This document shows, in pieces, positions 1 to 9,620 of a stretch of DNA of 53,805 nucleotides. The stretch's first letter is position 1. The number at the start of each line of letters is the position of its first letter. This stretch comes from Bdellovibrionales bacterium (GTDB lineage Bacteria > Bdellovibrionota > Bdellovibrionia > Bdellovibrionales > JAGQZY01), in NCBI GenBank assembly GCA_043764415.1, contig JAYUKO010000162.1:1-53805 (forward strand). Reading direction: 5' to 3'. Both the position numbers and the translations under genes were made by a program. The notes under the pieces were generated by a model that worked only from the letters and a program-made list of their open reading frames with translations, had not been told where the DNA came from and ran no database searches.

Positions 1-1216
1 GCAAAGCCACCCGCACGTTCGATGGCAGTTGCTGTTGCGAGAAGTTGTCGCGTGTTCCGGCGAATGTCTGGCGCATCATAGAGATACCAAACCATTTGCA
101 TGGTTGGAATTTCGAGAACCTTGGTCCACGCCAAAAAGATCACCAGTTCGCCAACCATGATAAAAACTCCGCCGACGCCGGAGGCGCGCCCAGCTGTGAG
201 TGTGACCCTGACGGCTGTTTTAGCCACCCTGAGTGCTCGTGAGCGACCCATGTAGCGGAGAAGTGCGCTTTGGGAGCCGCGGGCTTCGGAGGGAATATTA
301 TATAGAGAACCTTGATTAACGAGCCACTGAAAGAACTTTTGTGAGCCCGCAGACATCATTGCTCCACCAATCAGCGAAGGAATGCCCGCACCAAAATCGA
401 GCCAAAATTTTTCGGCAGATAAAAAGTGATTAAGAGCAGATTTGCAAAATGTGCTGGAAAAATCTATTTTCGAGAGATCACGGAAGCATTCTTTAAAAGT
501 GGGAATAGTAAGAAGATGCGAAACAACCTGTTGTGCCGCCATACCAAAAGACATCCCCGCATATCCTATAAGAGGTCGCCACTTGCGCATTACTTTTTCG
601 GTGATTGGCTTGCCGCGAAGTTCGGAAGCAAAAATGACAGCATTATTAATATTAGAGGACGCAATACGATTTCCTAAAACAAAGCTAAAAAAGCCAATGT
701 TACCTTCGAGCGTGGTCATCGCCTTTAAAAGATGTTCCGCACAGAGGGGCGTGTTCGAGTTGGTTGCCGGAGCCCATTTCCACTCATTAAAAAGAGAGCC
801 ATTGCCAATTCCATAGCAGCCCACAAGCTCCATGACGATCATGGCCGCATTGAATTTTCCGTACTCTGCGGGAAATCCACGAACAGCGCCGGTGAAGTTT
901 CTGCGAAAGTTTCCGTCCTGTCTCAGTGCCGCATTTAAGTCGCGGGCGGTGGCAATGTCGATGGGAATCAATTTTCGCCCGTTTTCGGTTTCGGTCACCG
1001 TGTAAAAGACTTCTGTAAGACTTCCCGTCATGGGATCAAGACTTCTTTGGATGTACATGTTGGGTGTGGTGGGATGCGGAACTAAATTTGTGGGATGGGA
1101 GCCGTCGACGGTTGTGAGGTTACTTATGTCCACACGAGATTCGTCAACGGGGCCGGCGAAGCTGAAAAGTGGAAACGCAATTATACAAATAAATAGATAA
1201 AAACTTCTTATCGACA
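1..1216 (-). CDS. hypothetical exported protein, partial (C-terminus lies beyond window start)
   Basis: Absent from the ORF track because it has no in-window stop. Manual translation of the minus strand from ATG at 1216-1214 gives an uninterrupted frame down to position 1 (MSIRSFYLFICIIAFPLFSFAGPVDE..., signal-peptide-like N-terminus, hydrophobic segments later). The + strand ORFs listed at 45-938 are short shadow ORFs. Confidence 0.5.
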
Positions 1217-1428
1217 TGGGATTATCCTGAGCAAAGATTGGACCACATTTAAAATCATAAACTGGCTGTAAGCTCTCCTTTAATACGAGATAGGCTCAAA
1301 ATTGCAAGGAGAGTGTATTAAAATTAGACACTGCTGAGCATTAGTTTCAATGAGGGGTATTTGGGGGTGGTTGCTGAGTGGCACTCAAATTGCTCAATAG
1401 GAGATTGGACATGTGACTTGGGGTTTAT

Positions 1429-2064
1429 ATGACAATGAATTTAAAGCTGAAAATACTAATTTTGTGTGTAGTGGGTTGTGGTTTTACGGCCTGTGCAAAC
1501 AAATCTTTCGAATCGGCGTCTCCATCAGTCACTGATGAAGACATTTTCGATCCGCCAACTCCTACTGATGATGACATTATTGTTATTTCAGATCCTGTGG
1601 CTTGCCCACGCTATGATCTGATCGTGGATTCTGTGGACCAACAAACGGCGTATCGCAACTTTCGCTTTAATTTTAATTCCGAAATGAAAATGACGGCCGC
1701 TCAAGGGGATATCGATATCGTATTTCAACTGGACAGTCCTTCGATCAAATACACTCGGTGTTCTGGTGCGTTTAATAATACATCCGTCATGACAGGGCTG
1801 AAGCCTTTAGACATTACTCAAGAACTCACGAAACAAATTTTGATCAGTCACGGTAAAGTGTGTGCGACGCCCGCGGTTGTGCGCTACTCAACCATTCGGG
1901 TGATCGACTCCGCCACCGGACGCACATTGTTTGATGAGCAAGTTTTTCGTCAACAAAATGGAGCCTGCGAATTTGGCTATTCCACATCAGGCCAGGAACT
2001 GCGCCGCCAGTTGATCGACTTCTCGCGCGCCATCGTAGACATCAAAGCCGCTTCCTGCATTTAA
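1429..2064 (+). CDS. hypothetical lipoprotein
   Basis: 211-aa ORF. The N-terminus MTMNLKLKILILCVVGCGFTAC is a signal peptide with lipobox-like Cys. No catalytic motif recognised. Confidence 0.6.
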   Translation: MTMNLKLKILILCVVGCGFTACANKSFESASPSVTDEDIFDPPTPTDDDIIVISDPVACPRYDLIVDSVDQQTAYRNFRFNFNSEMKMTAAQGDIDIVFQLDSPSIKYTRCSGAFNNTSVMTGLKPLDITQELTKQILISHGKVCATPAVVRYSTIRVIDSATGRTLFDEQVFRQQNGACEFGYSTSGQELRRQLIDFSRAIVDIKAASCI

Positions 2065-2072
2065 AAGGTGCT

Positions 2073-3476
2073 CTAGGTATCCGCGTAGTTTTCGACGTCG
2101 AACTCTAGGCTTAATTCATGGGGGAGTGGGCGGCGGATGGCGCGGTAATAAGTTCGCGGCGACATCGACAGCAAGTCTGTCAGAGTGGGCATGTAGATGT
2201 CGGCAAAACGATCCACTTGATACGCAAAATAACTTTCTTCGTTCCCAGCGCGCATCGTCTGCCCCCAGTAGGGATTAAAAATCGCCTGGATCTCTTCGAT
2301 CAGTTTGCTGATCTGCTGATCGATACGGGTGGTCTCATCCTGAATTTTTTTAAGCTCTTCCGTATGGGTTTTTCCAGTTTCGATCTCTTCCGACGCGAGA
2401 CGAACCGCTTCGTGTTCGAGAGGCGATTTTTTTTGCATCAGCTGCTGAATTTGCTGCTGGCAAGGGTTGGCTTTTCGTAAACTTTCGATTTCGCTCTCGA
2501 GCTCATCGATTACAACGGCCGTTCGCCATTTACTATCTTTTTTAAGGCGGACGATATCTCCGTAAATATGATCGCCCACATAGAGAATATCTTCGCCTTT
2601 CACATCCAGGCTTTCTTCAAACAACGGGGCGCAGCCCCCTTGGTAGATACCGGGAACAAGCTTCGCATCGTAATTCGTGAGCGAGCCATCTGTGGGGTTT
2701 ACTTTGAGGAAGTTTTGATTGTCATAAAAAAATCGCGGCTTGCGAGCACTTGTAATAACGTACTCAAAAAGATCCGTCCAAGATTTGTGCTCTTTTAAAA
2801 ACGGAGTCACGGCAAAATCGAGAAGGGCCTTTGAGTAATGGTAATCGGAATTGGTAACAATAAAAAGTCTCTTGCCATGTTTTTTGTAACGCTCCAAACC
2901 CTCGACGAGTTTAGGATCGGCAATGATATATTTTGCGAGATCCTTTCGCACGATGCTTTTTAGTGAGTCATCTCTGTGGGCCATGTCCATGGCTTCGATA
3001 ATGTCGCTTAACAGCTTGGGATACTCGGGCATTTTGTGCTCGGGCGTGGTGTCTTTTACGTCGACCAACTGGCCAAACAAAATGGCAACGGAAAGTGAGA
3101 AGGCTGTGTCTACAGCGACAAAGTTTTTGTCGCTTAAATCCACGTAGGTGCCATGATAATCTTTTTGCTGCTGGCGATAATCGATGCGTTTTGTTCCGTG
3201 ATGGCTCACGCGAATGGCTCCGTGACGACTCACTTTAAGGATATTTCCTTTAGCAGAGTCGATCACCAATCCGCGGATGACGGAGGTGAACTCAAAGGGT
3301 AATTTTAATATTTTTTCGGGGTAACCTTGAACTTCGACAAGTTTTTTTAGAAGGTGTTGGTGAGCCAAAGCTTCGAAGGTGTGGCTGTAGTAGCGCACCA
3401 GTGTGTGATCCATATCAAAACCGATATGTTTAATTTTTCTGAGGTTCAGAGTTCTGTTCGTGAAAACGTAGGCCAT
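2073..3476 (-). CDS. HAD-superfamily 5'-nucleotidase, cytosolic cN-II-like (HAD-IG type)
   Basis: 467-aa ORF. HAD motif I DxDxT in 'IGFDMDHTLVRY', 'FIVTNSDYHYS' and 'YVGDHIYGDI'. Length and pattern match the 5'-nucleotidase-domain family. Confidence 0.75.
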   Translation of the reverse strand: MAYVFTNRTLNLRKIKHIGFDMDHTLVRYYSHTFEALAHQHLLKKLVEVQGYPEKILKLPFEFTSVIRGLVIDSAKGNILKVSRHGAIRVSHHGTKRIDYRQQQKDYHGTYVDLSDKNFVAVDTAFSLSVAILFGQLVDVKDTTPEHKMPEYPKLLSDIIEAMDMAHRDDSLKSIVRKDLAKYIIADPKLVEGLERYKKHGKRLFIVTNSDYHYSKALLDFAVTPFLKEHKSWTDLFEYVITSARKPRFFYDNQNFLKVNPTDGSLTNYDAKLVPGIYQGGCAPLFEESLDVKGEDILYVGDHIYGDIVRLKKDSKWRTAVVIDELESEIESLRKANPCQQQIQQLMQKKSPLEHEAVRLASEEIETGKTHTEELKKIQDETTRIDQQISKLIEEIQAIFNPYWGQTMRAGNEESYFAYQVDRFADIYMPTLTDLLSMSPRTYYRAIRRPLPHELSLEFDVENYADT

Positions 3477-3499
3477 AGGTAAGTCAGCTTTCCTTCTAA

Positions 3500-3901
3500 T
3501 TATTTTTCGATTTTGAGACCGTACTCATTCCAAAGCAACATGCCTCCACGCATATTATAAACCTCGCTAAAGCCACTCTCTAGGGCAAAGCTCGTGGCCT
3601 GCGCCGAGCGACCGCCGCTTCGACAAACAAAAACGATGGTTTTGTCCTTTGGAAGGGAGTCGAGTTGAGCGGGGAGTTGGTCGAGAGTGAGCAGAGTTGC
3701 GCCAGGAATGTGCCCCAGTTCACCAACAAATTCGTCGGGCCGTCGAACATCAATCAGAGTGAGCTCGGCGGTTTTGCTTAGGATCTCTTTTGGGTCTAAA
3801 TCCCACACTTCAGGGAAATGGGGGTTTTCACTTTTCGAAGTAAATTCCATGACTTCCTCCAGAGGACGATTATGGTCGTTAAGAGGGAAGTCGCCTACCA
3901 A
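3500..3901 (-). CDS. rhodanese-like sulfurtransferase domain protein
   Basis: 133-aa ORF with 'LIDVRRPDEF' and the active-site loop 'CRSGGRS'. Confidence 0.8.
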   Translation of the reverse strand: MVGDFPLNDHNRPLEEVMEFTSKSENPHFPEVWDLDPKEILSKTAELTLIDVRRPDEFVGELGHIPGATLLTLDQLPAQLDSLPKDKTIVFVCRSGGRSAQATSFALESGFSEVYNMRGGMLLWNEYGLKIEK

Positions 3902-3999
3902 AATCTGAAAAATGATATGCTGCGCACAACAAGTGCGCCCTGTGATAGACGCAAATGCAAAGATGTGTCATCCATTCTAGTGGTTGCCGAGGAGGACTT

Positions 4000-5031
4000 A
4001 TGGAACTTAATCCCGTTGGATTGAACGGTATGGATTTTATCGAATACTGTGGCCCTAAGGCCCGCGAATTGGAAGCGCTTTTTGTACGGCTGGGAATGAC
4101 CGCGGTGGCTCAGCATAAGAGCAAAAAAATCAAACTTTTCAAACAAGGCGACATTCAGTTTTTTCTTAACGAAGACGCTACCGGCTTTGCCGCGGACTTT
4201 GGTATGTCCCATGGACCAAGTATTTGCTCCACGGGGTTTCGTGTAGAAAATGCGGACAAAGCCTTCAAAACGGCAGTCGAGCGCGGTGCTAAATCATTTG
4301 TCCAAGAAACACAAAAATCTTTCACCGCTCCTGCGATTTACGGCATCGGTGACTCTTTGATTTATTTTATCGATGAAACTGCAAAGCAAAAAATCTATCA
4401 AAGCGAATTTAATTTCAATCCCAGCACCATGGAGCCCAAAGGAAAAGGCTTGTATGTGATCGATCATTTAACCAATAACGTTCCGGTTGGTGAAATGCAA
4501 AAATGGTGTGATTTTTATCAAAATGTATTTAATTTTAAAGAGCGTCGCTTTTTTGATATCAAGGGTGCAAAAACTGGCTTGATCTCCAAAGTGATGCGCT
4601 CGCCCTGCGGAAAAATCACCATTCCCATCAATGAGCCCACCGATCAAAAATCACAGATCCAAGAATACCTCGAAGAGTATGATGGCTCTGGAATTCAACA
4701 CGTGGCTTTGTCCACCGAAGATATTTGTTCGTCTATTTCGCAACTTCGCAAAGATGGAATACCCGTGTTAGATATTCCAGGCACTTACTACGAGATGATT
4801 CCGCAGCGCCTTCCGCAGGTGACGGAAGACATTGAAGAACTGAAGGAGTTGCAAATTCTGGTGGATGGTGATCCCGAGGGATATTTATTACAACTGTTCA
4901 CTAAAAATTTAATTGGTCCTATTTTTTTTGAATTTATCCAGCGTAAAAATCATTTTGGTTTTGGTGAGGGAAATTTTCAGGCTCTGTTTGAAGCCATCGA
5001 ACGCGACCAAGCCCAACGGGGAGTGTTGTAA
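4000..5031 (+). CDS. hppD: 4-hydroxyphenylpyruvate dioxygenase
   Basis: N-terminus 'MELNPVGLNGMDFIEY' and 'GIQHVAL'. C-terminal 'FFEFIQRKNHFGFGEGNFQALFEAIERDQAQRGVL' is characteristic of HppD. I prefer ATG 4000 (GGAGGA 5 nt upstream) to the ORF-track start at 3955. Confidence 0.9.
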   Translation: MELNPVGLNGMDFIEYCGPKARELEALFVRLGMTAVAQHKSKKIKLFKQGDIQFFLNEDATGFAADFGMSHGPSICSTGFRVENADKAFKTAVERGAKSFVQETQKSFTAPAIYGIGDSLIYFIDETAKQKIYQSEFNFNPSTMEPKGKGLYVIDHLTNNVPVGEMQKWCDFYQNVFNFKERRFFDIKGAKTGLISKVMRSPCGKITIPINEPTDQKSQIQEYLEEYDGSGIQHVALSTEDICSSISQLRKDGIPVLDIPGTYYEMIPQRLPQVTEDIEELKELQILVDGDPEGYLLQLFTKNLIGPIFFEFIQRKNHFGFGEGNFQALFEAIERDQAQRGVL

Positions 5032-5033
5032 AC

Positions 5034-6068
5034 ATGCCCGCTAAGGGCGAAGTCCTCTCACCACAGCAAGCCCAGGATTTGGCTCTCAGCGAGGCGAGCA
5101 AAGGAGCTGGTTGGGTCTCTCCAAACCCTCTTGTGGGTTGTGTTGTTGTCGACCAACACCAGCGGTTTTTGGCTTCGGGCTTCCACGGTTATTACGGCGG
5201 GCCCCATGCGGAGCGAGACGCTTTTGCGAAACTCGATCCGGGACTCCTGCAGGGGGCGACGGTGTACGTCACGCTGGAGCCGTGCTCGCATCAAGGCAAA
5301 ACTCCACCGTGTACAGATGTTTTTTTAGCTCAACAGATTAAAAAAGTTGTGGTGGGACAAACGGATCCCAATCCTCTTGTGGCGGGGCGGGGACTCGCTA
5401 TCTTAAAGCGAGAAAATATCGAAATCGCCACCGACGAAGAGTTTTCGAAAAAATCCGCACGACTTGCAGAAATATTTTTGTGGCACATGCAAAATAAAAA
5501 ACCCTATGTGACGTTAAAGGTGGCTCTTTCTGCCGACGGAAAGATTGCGGGCCCGCTGGGATCCGATCCCGCCATCACGTCGGAAGCCGCTCGATTTTGC
5601 GCCCGCGAACTGCGAGCCACCTACGATGCCACGATGATCGGCGCCGAAACCTTTTTGCGCGACAACCCCTTGCTGGATTTTCGCGAAACTCGCTGGTCGG
5701 GAAAAAAGCCACCGAAGGTGGTTATTTTAGACCCTCGCGGACGAGCGCAGGCTTTTTTTGCGCAATCACGGTTGGCAAAAACGGTAAAAAGTGAAAACGT
5801 CTTCTTTGTCGCTTCAGTGGACGAAGCCATGCTTCGGGACCTTTACCTCAAGGGCATTTACTCGCTGTACGTGGAAGGCGGGGCAAAAACCCACCAGCTT
5901 TTTATTGAACAGCAGCTTTTTCAAAAAGTCGTATGCTTTGCATCACCCGCCCACCGGCCCGAAGGCTTGCCGTGGGTGTGGACCTTGGAAAAATTAAGTT
6001 CGGAACTTCAGCACGTGACGACGAGCCAGATCGGCGAAGATCAATGCATCGAGTTTGAGCTAAAATGA
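5034..6068 (+). CDS. ribD: bifunctional riboflavin biosynthesis deaminase/reductase RibD
   Basis: CMP/dCMP-type zinc deaminase motifs 'HAERDAF' and 'LEPCSHQGKTPPC', followed by reductase-domain 'KPYVTLKVALSADGKIA'. Confidence 0.9.
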   Translation: MPAKGEVLSPQQAQDLALSEASKGAGWVSPNPLVGCVVVDQHQRFLASGFHGYYGGPHAERDAFAKLDPGLLQGATVYVTLEPCSHQGKTPPCTDVFLAQQIKKVVVGQTDPNPLVAGRGLAILKRENIEIATDEEFSKKSARLAEIFLWHMQNKKPYVTLKVALSADGKIAGPLGSDPAITSEAARFCARELRATYDATMIGAETFLRDNPLLDFRETRWSGKKPPKVVILDPRGRAQAFFAQSRLAKTVKSENVFFVASVDEAMLRDLYLKGIYSLYVEGGAKTHQLFIEQQLFQKVVCFASPAHRPEGLPWVWTLEKLSSELQHVTTSQIGEDQCIEFELK

Positions 6069-7477
6069 GCCGGAACTTTTTAGACGCTGCATTCACCGCA
6101 AAACTTTTCGATTTTGTAATCACCAAAACCGACGTCTTAAAAAGTCGCGAAGGGCTCTCTGCCGCTATAAACTTTGGCGACTGGAAGATGTGTTATTCGC
6201 CCTTAACTCCGTTAACGACGCATTCCTTTTCGAAAAATGTAGAGTTTTATTTTTTAGGGAGCGTTTTTGAACTCGATCTGCTGATCCCTCGAAACAGTAT
6301 CGGGCATTACTTGGGTGTCGAGTACAACACTGAGAGCAGAACCCTGCGACTTTTTCGAAGTCGAAATAGTTTTTTGGGCGTTTATTACACGGCATCACAA
6401 AAAGTTCCACTTTTTTGGGGAAATTTTTCGCGAACAAAACAGCTTGTAAAACCGGCTATAGATGCCGACAAAATAGAAATGTTTTTTGCCGACGGTCTTA
6501 TTAGTGAGGGCGGCACTCTCTTTTCTGGAATTCACCAGCTGAGATTTCAGAAGCAAGCTTTGATCAAAGAAGATTCCGTTTTTGAGGAATCGGAGCCACT
6601 TCTCAAATCGGATTCCCCAGAAAATTTATCAGCGGGGCAATTTCTCGATTTTACGATGGCGCGGTTTTCCGAATGGTTTAAATACACACCCTATAATTCC
6701 ATGGCGTTGAGTGGTGGCGCCGACAGTCGACTGCTTTTTGCAACCTTGCAAAAATATCCACAGGAAAAAGAATTCTTTTTACATTCGCGTTGTCATCCAC
6801 AAATGGACCCAGAGCAGGATGCGGATGTGGTCATCGCAAAACGAGCGGCAGACATTATCGGCAAAAAACACTGTATTCAATTCAGTCAGGGTTTACCTTC
6901 GGCTTATTTAAGCCAGGAGCCTCCTGCGGTACCGCCTGTGCTAAGTGGTCTTTATGGCGGTGAACTTTTGGGAGGAGAGGTGCTGAACCTTATCTCGAAG
7001 ACACGGCTGCAAAAGGAAAGTGAGTATTCCTTTGCCCAGGCCCTCTCAGCCTGCGCGCAAATGTTTGTGTGCGATTTTTATGCTGGGGCGTGGAGTGTGT
7101 GTTCGTCCCATCATAATTTAACGTTAACTCCTTTTTGGGATTCCTACGTTGTTGCTGCTCTGCTGCAAACACCGACCTCGGTCATCAAAGAGTATTCACT
7201 GTTATCTAAAATGTACGAGCATCTTCCTTCGCCGCTCAGAGAACTGCCCTTTGTTTCCATACTCACCGACTATCAACCGCAGTGGAAAAAACCGTTACCA
7301 GGTGCCAACCCGAAATCACTGAAGGGGAAAACCATGGACCTTGTTTTTCCAAGTTCCTGGTTGCGCCACAAAAAGCAACTCTCCGACGAAGTTTACAATC
7401 GGCGGGCCGTTACGTTGTGGTTTTATTTCAAAGCATTTTATGGAATGGCAGACGAAGAGCTTTTATCGTACTTATAG
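6065..7477 (+). CDS. asparagine synthetase-like PP-loop ATP-pyrophosphatase family protein (no glutaminase nucleophile)
   Basis: 470-aa ORF with PP-loop 'MALSGGADSRLLF'. The N-terminal region keeps an AsnB-like 'LFRSRNSFLGVYY' segment, but the protein starts MSRNF, not MCG. ATGA overlap with the ribD stop. Confidence 0.55.
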   Translation: MSRNFLDAAFTAKLFDFVITKTDVLKSREGLSAAINFGDWKMCYSPLTPLTTHSFSKNVEFYFLGSVFELDLLIPRNSIGHYLGVEYNTESRTLRLFRSRNSFLGVYYTASQKVPLFWGNFSRTKQLVKPAIDADKIEMFFADGLISEGGTLFSGIHQLRFQKQALIKEDSVFEESEPLLKSDSPENLSAGQFLDFTMARFSEWFKYTPYNSMALSGGADSRLLFATLQKYPQEKEFFLHSRCHPQMDPEQDADVVIAKRAADIIGKKHCIQFSQGLPSAYLSQEPPAVPPVLSGLYGGELLGGEVLNLISKTRLQKESEYSFAQALSACAQMFVCDFYAGAWSVCSSHHNLTLTPFWDSYVVAALLQTPTSVIKEYSLLSKMYEHLPSPLRELPFVSILTDYQPQWKKPLPGANPKSLKGKTMDLVFPSSWLRHKKQLSDEVYNRRAVTLWFYFKAFYGMADEELLSYL

Positions 7478-7515
7478 GCAAATAACGCCTCGCATGCATT
7501 GCTCTGAAACGGGGC

Positions 7516-8487
7516 ATGAATTATAGCTTACGCATGTCAAAATATACCGTCGAACACGCCCTGACCCTTTATCGAAAACCCCTCTTCGATTTAATTTATC
7601 ACGCCCATTCTCTGCATAAGGAATTTCAGCCAGAAAACCAAATTCAGAAGTGCAGTTTGTTATCCATCAAAACCGGTGGTTGCCCAGAGGACTGCTCGTA
7701 CTGTCCGCAATCAGCTCATTACAAAACAGGTCTCGATAAACAAGGCCTTATGGATTTGGGCGAAGTGAAATTAGCGGTGGATGATGCCAAGGCTCAAGGC
7801 GCTGAGCGCTTTTGCATGGGCGCCGCTTGGAGAGAAGTGAAGGACGGCGCGCAGTTTGAACAGGTCCTCGAAATGGTTCGCATGGTTAAATCGGCGGGGA
7901 TGGAAGCGTGTGTGACGTTAGGTATGTTGAACGAACAGCAAGCTCAGCGCCTTAAAGAGGCGGGCCTCGATGCTTACAATCACAACCTGGATACCTCGCG
8001 CGAATTTTACGAAAAAATTATTTCCACACGCACTTACGACGACCGTTTAAAAACTTTAAGCAACGTTAGACAAGCTGGAATTACAATTTGCAGCGGCGGC
8101 ATTATCGGCATGGGCGAAACCGACACAGACCGTTGTGCCATGCTAGTGGAGCTCGCGAATTTACAGCCACAGCCAGAGTCCGTTCCCATTAATCTTTTGA
8201 TTCCCGTGGAGGGCACGCCGCTTGCGCAACAACAACCGGTGGATGTATTTGACCTGGTCCGTTGCATTGCGGTTGCCAGAATTTTGATGCCACAATCGAA
8301 GGTACGTTTATCAGCCGGGCGAATCAATTTGTCACGCGAAGGGCAGGCTTTGGCATTTTTCGCTGGAGCAAATTCGATCTTTCTGGGCGAAAAACTGCTC
8401 ACCCGAGACAATCCTGAGTCGCTCGAAGACCAAAAACTTTTTGCCGATCTTGGTGTGCAATTTACCGAATCAGCACCGATGCAGTAG
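7516..8487 (+). CDS. bioB: biotin synthase
   Basis: 'GGCPEDCSYCPQS' radical-SAM motif, 'FCMGAAWR' and 'CSGGIIGMGE'. Typical BioB length. Confidence 0.95.
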   Translation: MNYSLRMSKYTVEHALTLYRKPLFDLIYHAHSLHKEFQPENQIQKCSLLSIKTGGCPEDCSYCPQSAHYKTGLDKQGLMDLGEVKLAVDDAKAQGAERFCMGAAWREVKDGAQFEQVLEMVRMVKSAGMEACVTLGMLNEQQAQRLKEAGLDAYNHNLDTSREFYEKIISTRTYDDRLKTLSNVRQAGITICSGGIIGMGETDTDRCAMLVELANLQPQPESVPINLLIPVEGTPLAQQQPVDVFDLVRCIAVARILMPQSKVRLSAGRINLSREGQALAFFAGANSIFLGEKLLTRDNPESLEDQKLFADLGVQFTESAPMQ

Positions 8488-8504
8488 CTAGGAAACTTTA
8501 GACG

Positions 8505-9620
8505 ATGAATATTCACCTCTTGCAGAAACTCCAGCAGCACGAAGAGCAAAATCTCACGCGCTCGCTGCAAGAACCCGCAGGTATTGATTTTTGCTCCAAT
8601 GATTATTTGTCATTTGTCGCAGATCCGATCTTGCAAAAAAGAATTTACGAAAACTTGGCCACCATCCAAAGCGGCTCCACCAGTTCGCGACTTATCCGTG
8701 GACAGTATCCGCAGTTAACTGATCTGGAGTCGCGCCTTGCGCAGTGGTCGTCGCGGGAAACTGCGATTTACTTTTCGTCGGGCTACCAAGCCAATTTGGC
8801 GGCGATGACGGCCCTGCTCGACGAAGAGACCATGGTTTTTTCGGACGAGAGCAATCATGCCTCACTTGTTGACGGAATTCGTTTGTCGAAAAGCGACAAA
8901 ATTATTTTCAAGCACAACGACCTTTTGGATCTCGAAGAAAAGCTCTCTTTAAAGACGGTTAAAAATAAAATTGTTGTTATCGAAAGTTTGTATAGTATGC
9001 GGGGCGACCGCGCACCGCTCAAGCAAGTGAGCGAGCTGTGCCAAAAGCACAATGCTCTTTTAGTGGTGGATGAGGCCCATGCTACGGGGTTGTACGGAGC
9101 GGGACTGGTTCAGCTCCAGAGCCTCCAATCACGGGTACTGATGACAATTCATTGCGCCGGAAAATCTCTTGGTGTCGGCGGGGCTTGGATTGCCTGTGAT
9201 GCGATCACCAAAGAATATTTGGTTAATTTTTCGCGGCCTCTTATTTATTCCACGGCGCCTTCGCCGTTACTCGCTTCGGCGCTCACCACAGCCTTGGATT
9301 ACTGGGACGACGTTGGTGCTGGCCGTGCGGAGCTGTGTTTACAAAAAATGCGCGAGTTCAAACAGAAGTTAGAACAGTTTATGAATCCCGAGACATTGTC
9401 GGGCGACGGACCCATTCTTTATTTTCAATTGGGTGAAAATTTGCAGGCGCTTCACTGGGCCCAGTATCTTCAGTCCAATGGTTTTGATGTGCGCGCCATT
9501 CGCTATCCAACGGTTCCACAGGGGCAAGCAGGCCTGCGAATTTCGCTGCACGCCAGCCAAGCTCCCGATGATATTCAGAGCCTCATACGCTGCCTGCGTG
9601 AACGGGTGTTGGCGTGTTAA
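8505..9620 (+). CDS. bioF: 8-amino-7-oxononanoate synthase
   Basis: Alpha-oxoamine synthase pattern 'FCSNDYL', 'HASLVDG', 'VVDEAHATG' and 'AGKSLGVGG' (PLP Lys). Sits between bioB and bioD/A. Confidence 0.85.
   Translation: MNIHLLQKLQQHEEQNLTRSLQEPAGIDFCSNDYLSFVADPILQKRIYENLATIQSGSTSSRLIRGQYPQLTDLESRLAQWSSRETAIYFSSGYQANLAAMTALLDEETMVFSDESNHASLVDGIRLSKSDKIIFKHNDLLDLEEKLSLKTVKNKIVVIESLYSMRGDRAPLKQVSELCQKHNALLVVDEAHATGLYGAGLVQLQSLQSRVLMTIHCAGKSLGVGGAWIACDAITKEYLVNFSRPLIYSTAPSPLLASALTTALDYWDDVGAGRAELCLQKMREFKQKLEQFMNPETLSGDGPILYFQLGENLQALHWAQYLQSNGFDVRAIRYPTVPQGQAGLRISLHASQAPDDIQSLIRCLRERVLAC

Noticed and set aside
1273-1313. Inverted repeat CTCTCCTT...AAGGAGAG (8 bp, 25-nt spacer) in the 1217-1428 divergent intergenic region. 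A similar AAGGAG/CTCCTT pair lies at about 35717-35740.
   Set aside because: It is short, has a large loop and no T-tract. It lies upstream of both flanking genes, so it is not a terminator. The motif is just an SD-like sequence and its complement. This is too weak to call an operator.
3955-3999. Extended 5' starts given by the ORF track for hppD (3955), the M16 peptidase (13272), rSAM2 (29470), rSAM8 (41574), rSAM9 (47687), rSAM11 (49939) and rpsU (53196).
   Set aside because: Downstream starts have better SD spacing, match paralog or family N-termini, or avoid overlaps of more than 60 nt with the neighbouring gene. The exact starts remain unverified without experimental data.
7478-7515. 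Riboswitch or operator upstream of ribD (FMN) or bioB (BirA operator).
   Set aside because: ribD starts 2 nt after hppD and bioB 38 nt after the preceding stop. There is no room for an FMN aptamer and no ~40-bp inverted repeat resembling a bioO site.
8034-8570. Long antisense ORFs opposite well-supported genes: 8034-8570 (178 aa, opposite bioB), 22408-22908, 28689-29264, 46689-47138, 48223-48708, 52182-52655, 53296-53712 and 11415-11825.
   Set aside because: Each lies entirely within or against a gene whose product carries strong family motifs. The antisense translations are low-complexity (Ser/Arg/Cys-rich), have no motifs and have no plausible ribosome-binding sites. They are typical shadow ORFs.
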